The position numbers were made by a program, and so were the translations under genes. Below, one piece after another: positions 9,139-19,081 of a stretch of 64,000 bases of DNA. Each line of letters begins with the position of its first letter. The first letter of the stretch is position 1. Below the pieces are notes generated by a model. That model made no database searches, was not told the DNA's origin, and saw only the letters and a program-made list of their open reading frames with translations. The stretch is from positions 128,001-192,000 of the forward strand of contig CBDCXM010000008.1 in assembly GCA_965223855.1 (NCBI GenBank). The letters are read 5' to 3'. This DNA is from Candidatus Multivoradales bacterium (GTDB lineage Bacteria; Acidobacteriota; Thermoanaerobaculia; Multivoradales; JAHEKO01).

Positions 9139-12100
9139 ATGAGCGGGCCCGCCCAGGAATCCAAGGCGTCCAGCCGCAGGCGATCGCGCAAGCCGCGCAG
9201 GTCGGGCGGCAACGCCCGACTGGTGCCCCTCTACAAGAGGTCGAGCTCTCACTTCTCGCCCGAGGACCGTCAGCGGGGCACCGACTACTTCCGTGAGGAT
9301 CGGGTCCGGCTCGAGATCGACGGCAAGCGTGCGACGGCGAAGGTCGAAGGCAACGACCAGCCGCTCTACCGCGTCGGTATCGACTGGACGCGAGTGAGCG
9401 ATCGGCGGGTTCACATCTTCTGCGAGTGTCCCGCCTTCGCCAACGGCCGTTCCTGCAAGCACCTCTGGGCCGCGCTGCTGGCCCTGGGCGAGGCGGGTGC
9501 CGAGCACCAACCGCCCGGCAAGGATCGACTCGGCCTGCGCAAAGACCGCGCGGCGCGCTGGCCCGAGCTCGGCGTCAGCCAGGGCGAGAGCGAGACGCCC
9601 CCCGCCGGTCGATCGCGACGGCGGCGCTCGAATCGCGACCGGTCGAGCCACGGCACATCGTGGCGCTCGCAGCTCGACGCCGTCCGCGACGACCACGATC
9701 GGGTGCGCGAAGCGATCGTCCCGGTGGCGGCGACGAACGCGCGTCCCACTCCCGTATCGACCGGCATCCGCTTTCTGATCAACCTGGTCGCCAGCACCGA
9801 GAGCGAGGGTCTGGTGCTCGATCTGTTTGAGAAGCGCCCGGCGAACGGCCCGCGACGCAAGACCGAGAAACTCAAGCGGGCTTCGCTGTCGGGCGGCGAG
9901 TTGGAGCGGCTGTTGCGCGCCTCCGACGACCACTCGACCTCGTCGCTCCCCGTCATCACGGCGCTCCCCATCAGCACCACCCCGAGCCAGGGACGCGGTC
10001 GCAAGAAGAAGGCGAAGAAGTCCGGCATTCAGCGCTTCCGGCTGCCCCCTGCGCTTTTCGACCCGCTGCTGCCGCAGCTCGCCGCCCAGGGCGACCTCGG
10101 ATGGTGGGACGGCCGCGCGTTCCGCACGGTGCACGACTTGAAGTGGGATCACGGCACTCCCTGGGAGCTGGTGCTGAAGATGGAGCCGTCCGACGACGAG
10201 AGCGTCCGGCTGCGCGCCTACCTCGAGCGCAACGGCGACTCGGTGACGCTCGCCCGCCCCAAGCTGATCGTCATGACCGACGACGCTCAGATGGCTCTCG
10301 CCGTCTTCCCCGAGACGGTCGCCCTCCTGGCCGCACAGCGAGAACGGGATCTCCCCTGGATCCGCCTGCTGCGCAAGACCCCGGAAATGCTGATCCCCAA
10401 CGGCCACCTCGAGGAGGCGTTCTCCGAGTTGCTCGAGCTGCCGACCCTCCCCCGCCTCGAGGCGCCGGAGCACCTCCAGCTGGAGGTCGAGACCTCGGAA
10501 CCGCGCCCGAAGCTCGTTCTCGAGCACCAGACCGACCTCCAGTTCGGCGAGCCGAAGCTCGAAGCGGAGCTTTCCTTCGACTACGGCGAGCTGAGCGTGC
10601 GAGCGGGAGACCTGAGCGCAGCCGTCGTCGACTGGGACGAGCGGGTCTTCGTCCGCCGCGACCTCGAGGCAGAGCAGAAGGCGGTCTTCAGACTGCTCGA
10701 CCTCGGGGTCAGGACGATCCCTACGAAGAACGGCACCGAGCTCGAGCTCGATCCGATGCAGGTACCCGCCGTCACCGAGCCGCTGCTGCGTGAGGGCTGG
10801 TCGGTCGAGATCACCGGTGCATCGCTGCGCCCGCCGAGCCCCCCGGCGCTCAAGGTCGAGAGCGGCATCGACTGGTTCGAGGTCTCCGGGGACATCGACT
10901 TCGGCGGCAAGCGGCTCGGTCTGAGGAAGGTGCTCGAGGCGATTCATCGCGGCGAGCGCTACGTCGAGCTCGACGACGGCTCCCAGGGGCTCCTTCCGGA
11001 AGACTGGATGGAGACCTACGACTCTCTGGCCAAGCTGGCTCACGACACCAGCGAGGACGGGCTGCGGTTCCTGCCGTCGCAGGCGCTGCTGGTCGACGCG
11101 CTGCTGGCATCGATGCCGCCGGCCAATGTCGACCGGGCGTTCGCCGACCTGCGCGACAACCTGCAGTCGTTCGATCGGATCAAGCCGCGCAAGGAGCTGC
11201 CGAGCTTCGAGGGCGAGTTGCGCAAGTACCAGCGCCTCGGGCTCGGCTGGCTGTGCTTCCTGCGGGAGTTCGGGCTCGGCGGTGTGCTCGCCGACGACAT
11301 GGGGCTCGGCAAGACCGTTCAGGTGCTCGCGATGCTGCAGATGCATCGCACCCCGTCGAAGAGCAGCAAGCTGCCGTCGCTGGTCGTGGCGCCTCGCAGC
11401 CTCGTCTACAACTGGATCGAGGAGGCTTCCCGCTTCACGCCGAAGCTCAAGGTCGTCGAGTACCTCGGCACCAGCCGCGAGGCGCTCAAGGAGAAGCTCG
11501 GCAAGTACGACATCGTCGTCACCACCTACGGCACGCTGCGTCTCGACATCGCCTTTCTCGCCACGGTCGAGTTCGACACCGTCGTTCTCGACGAGGCACA
11601 GGCGATCAAGAACCCGTCGTCGCAGACCGCCAAGGCGAGCCGCCTGCTCAACGGCCGCCATCGCCTCGCTCTGACCGGCACGCCGATCGAGAACCACCTC
11701 GGCGAGCTGGGCTCGATCTTCGAGTTCCTGAATCCCGGCCTGCTCGGGCGGCTCCCGGTGCTCGAAGTGCTGGCCGGCGGCCGCACGCCGAGCGAAAAGG
11801 AACTCGCCCTGGTCGCCGAGGGCATCCGGCCATTCATCCTCCGCCGCACGAAGGCGGAGGTGCTCCCCGACCTGCCGCCGAAGACCGAACAGGTGCTCCA
11901 GTGCACGCTGATGCCGCGCCAGCGCGAGCTCTACGACGAGCTCAAGACGCAGTACCAGCAGAGCCTGCTCGAGCAGGTGGAACAGCAGGGAGTCGGCGGC
12001 TCGGCGATCCAGGTGCTGCAAGCGCTGCTGCGACTGCGCCAGGTCGCCTGCCACCCGGGACTAGTCGACGAGGAGTGGGACGACGCCGGCAGCGCCAAGC

Positions 12101-12603
12101 TCGAGACGCTCTTCGAGCAGGTACGCGAGGTGCTCGACGAGGGGCACAAGGTGCTCGTGTTCTCGCAGTTCACCAAGCTCCTCGCCTACGTCCGCCGCCA
12201 GCTCGACGAAGAGGGGGTTCAGTACGCCTACCTCGACGGCAAGACGCGCGATCGCGCAGGAGCGGTCGAGCGTTTCCAGAACGACCCGGAATGCAACCTC
12301 TTCCTGATCTCCCTCAAGGCGGGCGGGACCGGTCTCAACCTCACCGCCGCCGACTACGTGTTCCTCCTCGACCCGTGGTGGAACCCGGCCGTCGAGGCAC
12401 AGGCGATCGATCGCGCCCACCGCATCGGCCAGGAGCAACCGGTCTTCGCCTACCGGCTGATCGCCCGCGACACCGTCGAGGAGAAGATCCTCGAGCTGCA
12501 GAAATCGAAGCGGCAGATCGCCGATGCGATCCTCGAGGGTGAGGGCGAGGGCGGGTCGGTGAAGGACCTCACTGCCGAGGACCTCAAGGTCCTGTTGAGC
12601 TGA
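9139..12603 (+). CDS. SWIM zinc finger + SNF2-family helicase
   Basis: SWIM motif CECPAFANGRSCKH; LADDMGLGKT, DEAQ, LTGTPIEN, ISLKAGGTGLNLT and QAIDRAHRIGQ. Confidence 0.95.
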   Translation: MSGPAQESKASSRRRSRKPRRSGGNARLVPLYKRSSSHFSPEDRQRGTDYFREDRVRLEIDGKRATAKVEGNDQPLYRVGIDWTRVSDRRVHIFCECPAFANGRSCKHLWAALLALGEAGAEHQPPGKDRLGLRKDRAARWPELGVSQGESETPPAGRSRRRRSNRDRSSHGTSWRSQLDAVRDDHDRVREAIVPVAATNARPTPVSTGIRFLINLVASTESEGLVLDLFEKRPANGPRRKTEKLKRASLSGGELERLLRASDDHSTSSLPVITALPISTTPSQGRGRKKKAKKSGIQRFRLPPALFDPLLPQLAAQGDLGWWDGRAFRTVHDLKWDHGTPWELVLKMEPSDDESVRLRAYLERNGDSVTLARPKLIVMTDDAQMALAVFPETVALLAAQRERDLPWIRLLRKTPEMLIPNGHLEEAFSELLELPTLPRLEAPEHLQLEVETSEPRPKLVLEHQTDLQFGEPKLEAELSFDYGELSVRAGDLSAAVVDWDERVFVRRDLEAEQKAVFRLLDLGVRTIPTKNGTELELDPMQVPAVTEPLLREGWSVEITGASLRPPSPPALKVESGIDWFEVSGDIDFGGKRLGLRKVLEAIHRGERYVELDDGSQGLLPEDWMETYDSLAKLAHDTSEDGLRFLPSQALLVDALLASMPPANVDRAFADLRDNLQSFDRIKPRKELPSFEGELRKYQRLGLGWLCFLREFGLGGVLADDMGLGKTVQVLAMLQMHRTPSKSSKLPSLVVAPRSLVYNWIEEASRFTPKLKVVEYLGTSREALKEKLGKYDIVVTTYGTLRLDIAFLATVEFDTVVLDEAQAIKNPSSQTAKASRLLNGRHRLALTGTPIENHLGELGSIFEFLNPGLLGRLPVLEVLAGGRTPSEKELALVAEGIRPFILRRTKAEVLPDLPPKTEQVLQCTLMPRQRELYDELKTQYQQSLLEQVEQQGVGGSAIQVLQALLRLRQVACHPGLVDEEWDDAGSAKLETLFEQVREVLDEGHKVLVFSQFTKLLAYVRRQLDEEGVQYAYLDGKTRDRAGAVERFQNDPECNLFLISLKAGGTGLNLTAADYVFLLDPWWNPAVEAQAIDRAHRIGQEQPVFAYRLIARDTVEEKILELQKSKRQIADAILEGEGEGGSVKDLTAEDLKVLLS

Positions 12604-12700
12604 ACGGCTCCATGGCGTTCTCTTGGTCCGCGTCCTTCCCAGCCGACTGCGCCGCATCCTTCACTGCGCCACGACCCCGGCTCACTTACGATCCACCGTC

Positions 12701-13681
12701 ATGAGGATTCCCGGTTCGCGCCCCTCCGCCTGCCGCAGCACCTTGCTGGGGCTGGCGTTGTCGGCGTGCATCAGCTTCCACGGGCCGCTCGTCCCGACCC
12801 TCGAGGCACAGGAGACCGAGAGCGGTACCACCGAAACCCAGCCCACCGAGACCCCGACCACCGAGTCCGAGAGCGCCGAGCCCTCCGAGACGAGCGCCGG
12901 CGAGCTGGAGGAGGACCTCGAGACACTGCAGCGCGAGCTCGAGGCCATCGATCGCACGTTCGCTGGTCTGGAAGAGCGGCTGCGCGCTTCGCAGTCGGCT
13001 CTCGAGCAGTCGACCGAGCGCAGCCAGGAGCTCGCAGACCGCGCCCAACTGGCCACCGATCTGGCCGAGGCACGGCTCGCCCTCCAATCTCTGCCACCGG
13101 CGACCGACGCCGCTGCGACCGAGCGGATCCAGCGGATCGACGTGCTGCTCGACACCGCGGACGAGGAGCTCTCGAACGACAACGTCGGCAACGCGCAGCG
13201 GGTCCTGCAACAGGCGGCGACGCTGCTCGACGCTGTCGCGCCCGTCGAGCGGAACGACGACGGCCCCCCGACCGGCGGCGCAGTCTCAATCGGCCAGTTG
13301 AGGACGCTCGATCCGACCAACCTGCGCCGCCGACCGGCCCTGACCTCGGACAGGATCTCCGTACTCCGCAAGGGCGCGCTCGTGCGCGCACTCGCACGCA
13401 ACGGCGAGTGGTACGAGGTCGAGACCGGCGACGGCCAGCGCGGCTGGGTCCACTCGCGACTGGTCGAAGAACTCGACGACGTGCACGCCGACGAGCCAGG
13501 CGGCTGGATCACCACCGCGCTCGTCAACGTGCGACAGGAGCCGGACCTCGAAGCGGCACGCCTCGGGCGCCTGGAGGCCGGTACCGTCGTCCGCAGTCTC
13601 GAGCGCAGCGGTGTGTGGCACCGGGTCGACTTCTTCGGCAGCGAAGGGTGGGTCCACGGCGACTACCTCCGCCGGCGCTGA
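12701..13681 (+). CDS. Secreted coiled-coil protein with two bacterial SH3 (SH3b) domains
   Basis: Signal-like N-terminus and coiled coil; NLRRRP...GEWYEV...RGWVHS and VNVRQEP...GVWHRV...EGWVHGDYL. Confidence 0.8.
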   Translation: MRIPGSRPSACRSTLLGLALSACISFHGPLVPTLEAQETESGTTETQPTETPTTESESAEPSETSAGELEEDLETLQRELEAIDRTFAGLEERLRASQSALEQSTERSQELADRAQLATDLAEARLALQSLPPATDAAATERIQRIDVLLDTADEELSNDNVGNAQRVLQQAATLLDAVAPVERNDDGPPTGGAVSIGQLRTLDPTNLRRRPALTSDRISVLRKGALVRALARNGEWYEVETGDGQRGWVHSRLVEELDDVHADEPGGWITTALVNVRQEPDLEAARLGRLEAGTVVRSLERSGVWHRVDFFGSEGWVHGDYLRRR

Positions 13682-13708
13682 CGGCACCGCGCGTCCCGAG
13701 CCAGCCGC

Positions 13709-15394
13709 CTAGGCCGCCTGGCAGACCTCCACACGGTTGCGGCCGAGCCGTTTCGCCCGACTGACCGCCGACTGCAGGTTGACCAGCATCTCGGTCCGCG
13801 TCCCGCCGTCGTCGGGATAGGAGGCGACCCCGGCACTGACAGTCAACCTCCGGCCCTCCGCCATCTCGAGGTCGCGACCGGCGAAGCGCTGACGGATCCG
13901 CTCCGCCACGGCGCCCGCCTCCCCCTTGCCGGTGCCCGGCAGGACCACCACGAACTCGACCCCCTCGTAGCGGGCCACGACGTCGGTCGGCCTCAGGTCG
14001 CCGGTCAGCACCGCGCTGAACTCGCGCAGCATCGAGTCTCCCATCAGGTGGCCGAGTTCGTCGTTGACCTGCTGGAAGCGGTCGAGATCGAAGAGGATCA
14101 GCGAGAAGGTGTGACGCGACCGCCGGCCCGCCGAAAGCTCCCGGTCGATGGCGCGATGGACGTAGCTGCGGTTGTGAAGCCCCGTCAGTTCGTCGGTGAC
14201 CGACAGCTCCTTCACCCGCTCGCGCGCCATCGCCAGCTCGCGCATCATCTGGTTGCACGCCCTCGTGAGCTCCCCCACCTGGCCGCCGACCCGAACCGGC
14301 ACCGGATCGGGCTCCCCGCCCTCGGCGCTGACCCGGGCGGCGGCGATCAGGTCGTCGATCGGCCGGGTGAAGCGCCGCGCCAACCATCGGCCGAGGTAGA
14401 GCAGCACCATCAACGACGTCAGTCCGGTGGCGATCATGATCCGCCTCAGCGTGGCCATCGGCCCACCGGCCGTCTCCGGCGCGATCTCGACGACGATGCC
14501 GAGATGCCTGTGCTCGAGATAGTCGGACATCGCCAGGACCGGTACGTCCGCTTCGTTGCGGTATTCGAGGAGACGCCCCTGGTCCCTGCCACCGAGACCC
14601 AGACTCGCTGCTACGCCCACCGACGGAACCGGCCCGAGCGCACCGCCCCGCGTGCGGGCGGAGTCGAAGAGTGGCACCCGATCCGTACCGACAATCAGAA
14701 ACCGCCCCCCACCGATCACCGTCTCGGCGCGAAGGCGAGACCAGAGGTCCGTCAGCAGGCCCACCGACACCAGCGCATGGCCCTGTGGAGAGGGCGCCGG
14801 AAGGCTGCGTTGAACGATGACCTGAGGCTCGCGTCCGTCGGACTGCACCTCGACACGGTCACGCGGCGTCCGGACGGCGGCGACACGCCCTGGGAGCACC
14901 GAGAGCTCGCGACCGGCACGGGCAAGGGGTACCCCGGCGTCGTCGTAGATCGCGAGCTCGAGAAAGTGAGGCGCGAGCAGCCTCAGCCGCTCGAGCGAGG
15001 CATCCCTCTCCGTTCGTCCGGAGGCCACGGCCGTGTCGGCGGCGAGGTGCTCCGCCCAGCGCTCCGTCTCGGCGACGCGCTCCGCGATCGCCGTCTCGAG
15101 AGCGTTCGAGAGCTGCGAGAGGCGGACCACGAGGTCTCTCTCGATCCTCGTATGGATCAACGACGTGGCGGTCCAGTACGTGAGGAGACCCAGCAGGAGC
15201 GTCGGCGCTACGGCACACAGAAGGACGATCGTGAGGACCTTCCGACGCAGGTCACTCTCGGCCTCTGCCACGCCCGAGTCGGCGACAGGAGCCTCCGACT
15301 CCCATGCCGTGCTCTCGTGCCGCACATCGTCGCGCCGGCGGGCCTCACCGCGACGATCACGACCGTCCCTGGCTCTGGACTCGTACTGCGTCAT
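13709..15394 (-). CDS. Membrane sensor with HAMP and a degenerate GGDEF domain
   Basis: Two TM segments, HAMP (FTRPI...GELTRACNQM), DELTGLHNR and DLDRFQQVNDELGH. The active site reads RYEGVEF; the RxxD I-site (RPTD) is present. Confidence 0.85.
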   Translation of the reverse strand: MTQYESRARDGRDRRGEARRRDDVRHESTAWESEAPVADSGVAEAESDLRRKVLTIVLLCAVAPTLLLGLLTYWTATSLIHTRIERDLVVRLSQLSNALETAIAERVAETERWAEHLAADTAVASGRTERDASLERLRLLAPHFLELAIYDDAGVPLARAGRELSVLPGRVAAVRTPRDRVEVQSDGREPQVIVQRSLPAPSPQGHALVSVGLLTDLWSRLRAETVIGGGRFLIVGTDRVPLFDSARTRGGALGPVPSVGVAASLGLGGRDQGRLLEYRNEADVPVLAMSDYLEHRHLGIVVEIAPETAGGPMATLRRIMIATGLTSLMVLLYLGRWLARRFTRPIDDLIAAARVSAEGGEPDPVPVRVGGQVGELTRACNQMMRELAMARERVKELSVTDELTGLHNRSYVHRAIDRELSAGRRSRHTFSLILFDLDRFQQVNDELGHLMGDSMLREFSAVLTGDLRPTDVVARYEGVEFVVVLPGTGKGEAGAVAERIRQRFAGRDLEMAEGRRLTVSAGVASYPDDGGTRTEMLVNLQSAVSRAKRLGRNRVEVCQAA

Positions 15395-15543
15395 CGAAGG
15401 TCTCTCCGGAGGGCCCGATTCGGGCCTCGCTTCCAACCCTCGCGCCGTGGAACACCCCCCCAAGGTGTCGCACCGACTCGCAGTCGATTCCTCGGCAAGG
15501 TACCACAAGGCCGATCGCCTCCCTGCACCGCGCCGAGGGCGAA

Positions 15544-15642
15544 TGGCGGAAGCGCATGGGAATCGAACCCACCCTCGCCGGGCATCACCCGCCGAACAAC
15601 GGTTTTGAAGACCGCGGGAGGCACCAGCCCCCGAGCGCTTCC
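15544..15642 (-). tRNA. selC: tRNA-Sec (anticodon UCA)
   Basis: 8-bp acceptor stem GGAAGCGC/GCGCTTCC; 6-bp D stem with UGGU loop; CTTCAAA anticodon loop; long variable arm; GTTCGATT T loop; G discriminator and encoded CCA. Confidence 0.97.
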
Positions 15643-15758
15643 GCGACGGATTGTAGCGGTGCCGCCTGGAATGGCAGAGGCGCATGGATCGTTCGTGATC
15701 GCCAATCGACCTGCCGCGAGATACGGCAACCCAGATCGTCGTGGGTAGACTCCACCCA

Positions 15759-16409
15759 ATGGAAAGCGGTCGATCATCAGCGCTCTCGGCACGCCGGAGA
15801 TTGCGCTGGCGATTCGCTCTGGGAGCTGCCCTGGCGCTCGCAGCACTCCTCGTGCTCGGAGCCGGCTACCTGTTCACTGGTTCCGAGGTCACCTGCGACG
15901 AGACCGGACCGAAGGAAGGCATCCGGCTGCGTTGCAGCTTCGTGGTCGCCGCCGCGCAGGAAGCGGTGTGGGAAGCGTTCACCACGACGGGCGAGCCCAG
16001 GGCTTTCTACTTCGACGCCGTGCTCGAGGCCGAGATGCGTCCGGGAGGCTCCTGGCGCTTCGTCACGGAGGATCGCGAGCGACTCCTGGCTGGTGGCGAG
16101 ATCCTGACGCTCGAGCCGCCTTTCCGATTCGCACAGACCTTCGCTGCGGCGGATCTGGACGATCCGCCGAGTCGGATCACGGTCGAGCTGGAGGCGCTCG
16201 ATGCCGGCTGCAGAGTGGTTCTCCTGCACGATCGGTTTCCGGGCCGGACCGCGACCTACAAGCGGTTCCGCCGCGCCCACCCCCTGGCCCTGAGCGCCCT
16301 GAGATCGCTGCTCGAGACCGGTGAACTACCGCTACGCGTCCGCCTGTACACGGCGATCTTCAAGCCGGGAATGAAACTGTTCACCGTCCGCGCCGACCCC
16401 TGGGAGTAG
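15759..16409 (+). CDS. SRPBCC/AHSA1 domain protein with an N-terminal TM helix
   Basis: AAAQEAVWEAFT, GEILTLEPPFRFAQTF and SRITVELE...VVLLHD pattern. Confidence 0.75.
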   Translation: MESGRSSALSARRRLRWRFALGAALALAALLVLGAGYLFTGSEVTCDETGPKEGIRLRCSFVVAAAQEAVWEAFTTTGEPRAFYFDAVLEAEMRPGGSWRFVTEDRERLLAGGEILTLEPPFRFAQTFAAADLDDPPSRITVELEALDAGCRVVLLHDRFPGRTATYKRFRRAHPLALSALRSLLETGELPLRVRLYTAIFKPGMKLFTVRADPWE

Positions 16410-16588
16410 ATGCTGGGGACCGAGGAGCTCCTTCCTGGAGGGCCGAACCCCTCGCGTTTTCGATGGCGTCGAAGGTCGCAGACCTCTCCAACACCCCGCC
16501 GGCGGCCAGGGATTGTCTGCAGCTGCAACCGAACCACGGAAGCGGGCGAAACCGGCTTCAACCATCACACCTCGGGGTGCCTCCAGCC

Positions 16589-18928
16589 ATGAATCCGTAT
16601 TGCCGACTCGCCATTGCCGTTCTGGTCACTGCCGTCAGTGTGTTCACCCCGATCGTGGCGGCCCAGGAGGTCCCGGCGCCGACGCTCGTTGAGGGCAGCG
16701 TGAAGAGCGAGGGCGAGCAAGCGCTTGCCGGAGTCGAGGTCACGGTGAAGCCGGGGGGTGACAGGGTGGTCTCCGACGCCGAGGGGACGTTTCGGCTTCA
16801 GTTGCAGCCCGGTAGCTACGAAGCGACAGCGCAGCTTGCCGGATTCGAGCCCTCGACCGAGCGACTCGTCGTTCGGGAGGGCGAGCAGGCAACGCTCTCC
16901 TTCTCGCTGGAAGTCGCTGAGACGGTCCTCGCGGAGATCGACGTCACGGCAAGCTATGGAATCGACCGCTCCGAGCCCGTCGCGACGGGCGCCCTGACCA
17001 GCGAGGAGGTCCTGTCGCTTCCGCGCTTCGGCAACGACCTGCTGCGCGGCATCCGCTCGATCCCCGGGGTGACGGGGAAGGAGGTCACCGCGCAGTTCAA
17101 CGTTCGGGGAGGATTGATTCGCGACACCACCCTCCGGATCGACGGCCTCGAGATCTACGAGCCCTACCACATCAAGGACTTCGACAACGGCATCTTCAGC
17201 ATCATCGACCCCGACGTCATCGGATCCCTGGAACTGATCCCCGGCGGATTTCCTGCCGAGTACGGCGACAAGATGGCGGGAGTTCTGGACCTGACGACCG
17301 CGAGGCCTTCGTCCGACCTCTCCGGTCAGATCGGCATCAGCGTCTCGAGCCTCTGGGCGGGCGCCTCGGGCAGCCGCGGCGCCGAGGACGAGACGCGTTG
17401 GCGCGTCTCCGCTCGGAACGGGGTGATCGAGTTTCTGAACGGAGACGAGGAATCCGAGGACGAGGTGAGAAAGGCGTCGGGGCCCAGCTACTGGGACCTC
17501 CTCGGCAGGCTCGAGCACTCCTTCTCGGCCACCAACGTCCTCTCCGTCAGCGCTCTGCTCTCGAGCGACAGCTTCGAAGAGGAGGAGATGGAGCTCGACG
17601 ACTTCGGCGACCCGGAGAGCGACACGATCGATTCGGAGTACGAGAACTCCTACGTGTGGCTCAATCACCAGGGCGCGATCGGTGACTCGATCTTCGTCGA
17701 CACGGTTCTTTCGGCCGGGACGGTCGAGGACGATCGGCGAGCGACCGAGGAGGCGGTCGGAGCCTCCGCCGCGATTCGCGACCTGAGGTCGATGGACGTC
17801 TTCACTCTTCGCCAGGACTGGAGCTTCCAGCTGTCCGCGAGTCACTACCTGAAGTGGGGCGGCGAGGCGCGGAGCTACGACGTCTCTTACGACTACACCA
17901 ACGACTTCGCCTTCGGCGGCGTGCTCGGCTCACAAGGCCTGACGCGCTTCATGGACAGCTTCTCGGCCGAGAGCCAGGCGGTGTACTTCGCGGACCGCTT
18001 CCGGATCGGCGACGACCTGGTGCTCGAGCTCGGCGCGCGCTACGACCGGCAGAGCCACACCGACGAAGAACAGCTCAGTCCTCGTGTGAACCTCGTCTAC
18101 GACCTCGGGCGGGCGGGAGTGCTGCGGGCGGCCGCGGGCCAGTACTTCCAGAGCCAGCGCCCGAACGAGCTGCAGGTCGAGGACGGGGAAAGCTCGTTCT
18201 TCCCTGCGGAGCGTGCGGACGCGCTGATGCTCGGATGGGAACGGTCGTTCGGTTCGCACAACCTTCGCATCGACGCCTACCATCGTGACGTTGATTCGCC
18301 CCGGCCGTACTACGACAACATCTTCGAGACGACGAATCCCAATCCCGAAGCGACCCGAGATCGGATTCTCATCGCGCCGGAGAGCTCGAACGCGCGCGGC
18401 CTCGAGGTCTTCGCGAGCCGCAGAGGAGTCGGGCGCTTCAACTGGTGGGGCAGCTACACATGGTCCGAGGTGACCGACAGAATCGAGGGCAGGGACGTTC
18501 CTCGCAGCTTCGATCAGACTCACGCCGTTTCGTTGAGCGCCACGTATCCGATCAGCCCGAAGTGGACCCTCACCGGCCTGTTCCACTACCGCACCGGGTG
18601 GCCGAGGACGGCGGTGTCGGGCCGCGCGGTGGTCGACCCCGACGGAACCGTCGGAATCGAGCCTGTCCTCGGGGATCTGAGGGCGGAGAGACTCGATGAC
18701 TACCATCGGCTCGACATCCGTGTGAGCCGATTCGTCGACTTCGCCAGCGGCAACTCGCTGGAGTTCTTCGTGGACGTCCAGAACGTCTACCTCCAGGAGA
18801 ACATCGCCGGGTTCCTGGTGGACGACCGGAACTTCACCCTGCTGCCGTCGGGCGAGGTGGAGTACGTCGAGATCACCGAAGAGTCGTTCCCCGTAGTGCC
18901 GTCTTTCGGTGTGTCGTTCCGCTTCTAG
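16589..18928 (+). CDS. TonB-dependent receptor with an N-terminal carboxypeptidase-regulatory-like domain
   Basis: Signal peptide, plug motifs IPGV...FNVRGG and GGFPAEYGDKMAGVLDL, DYHRLD, and C-terminal GVSFRF. Confidence 0.9.
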   Translation: MNPYCRLAIAVLVTAVSVFTPIVAAQEVPAPTLVEGSVKSEGEQALAGVEVTVKPGGDRVVSDAEGTFRLQLQPGSYEATAQLAGFEPSTERLVVREGEQATLSFSLEVAETVLAEIDVTASYGIDRSEPVATGALTSEEVLSLPRFGNDLLRGIRSIPGVTGKEVTAQFNVRGGLIRDTTLRIDGLEIYEPYHIKDFDNGIFSIIDPDVIGSLELIPGGFPAEYGDKMAGVLDLTTARPSSDLSGQIGISVSSLWAGASGSRGAEDETRWRVSARNGVIEFLNGDEESEDEVRKASGPSYWDLLGRLEHSFSATNVLSVSALLSSDSFEEEEMELDDFGDPESDTIDSEYENSYVWLNHQGAIGDSIFVDTVLSAGTVEDDRRATEEAVGASAAIRDLRSMDVFTLRQDWSFQLSASHYLKWGGEARSYDVSYDYTNDFAFGGVLGSQGLTRFMDSFSAESQAVYFADRFRIGDDLVLELGARYDRQSHTDEEQLSPRVNLVYDLGRAGVLRAAAGQYFQSQRPNELQVEDGESSFFPAERADALMLGWERSFGSHNLRIDAYHRDVDSPRPYYDNIFETTNPNPEATRDRILIAPESSNARGLEVFASRRGVGRFNWWGSYTWSEVTDRIEGRDVPRSFDQTHAVSLSATYPISPKWTLTGLFHYRTGWPRTAVSGRAVVDPDGTVGIEPVLGDLRAERLDDYHRLDIRVSRFVDFASGNSLEFFVDVQNVYLQENIAGFLVDDRNFTLLPSGEVEYVEITEESFPVVPSFGVSFRF

Positions 18929-19081
18929 GAAAGCGGCTGGGAACGCAGCTCGAGTTCACTCGATGTCGCTGGAACCGGGCGAGCTCTATGGAAGTCCAAC
19001 TTGCAGTTGGAGGCGCAGCGCATAGGCTCGCGCCACGTTCCCAGGTGCAGCGGGATGGAAACAGAAATGAAGGAGGACCGG

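Noticed and set aside
8758-12054. The 1915-aa minus-strand ORF 6307-12054 as one giant protein
   Set aside because: Its N-terminal ~1100 aa are the antisense shadow of the SNF2 gene plus intergenic DNA. The real gene starts at 8757 with an RBS and signal peptide.
16410-16588. Cobalamin or other riboswitch upstream of the TonB-dependent receptor
   Set aside because: I could not find the conserved B12-box elements or any other recognisable aptamer; an Rfam scan would settle it.
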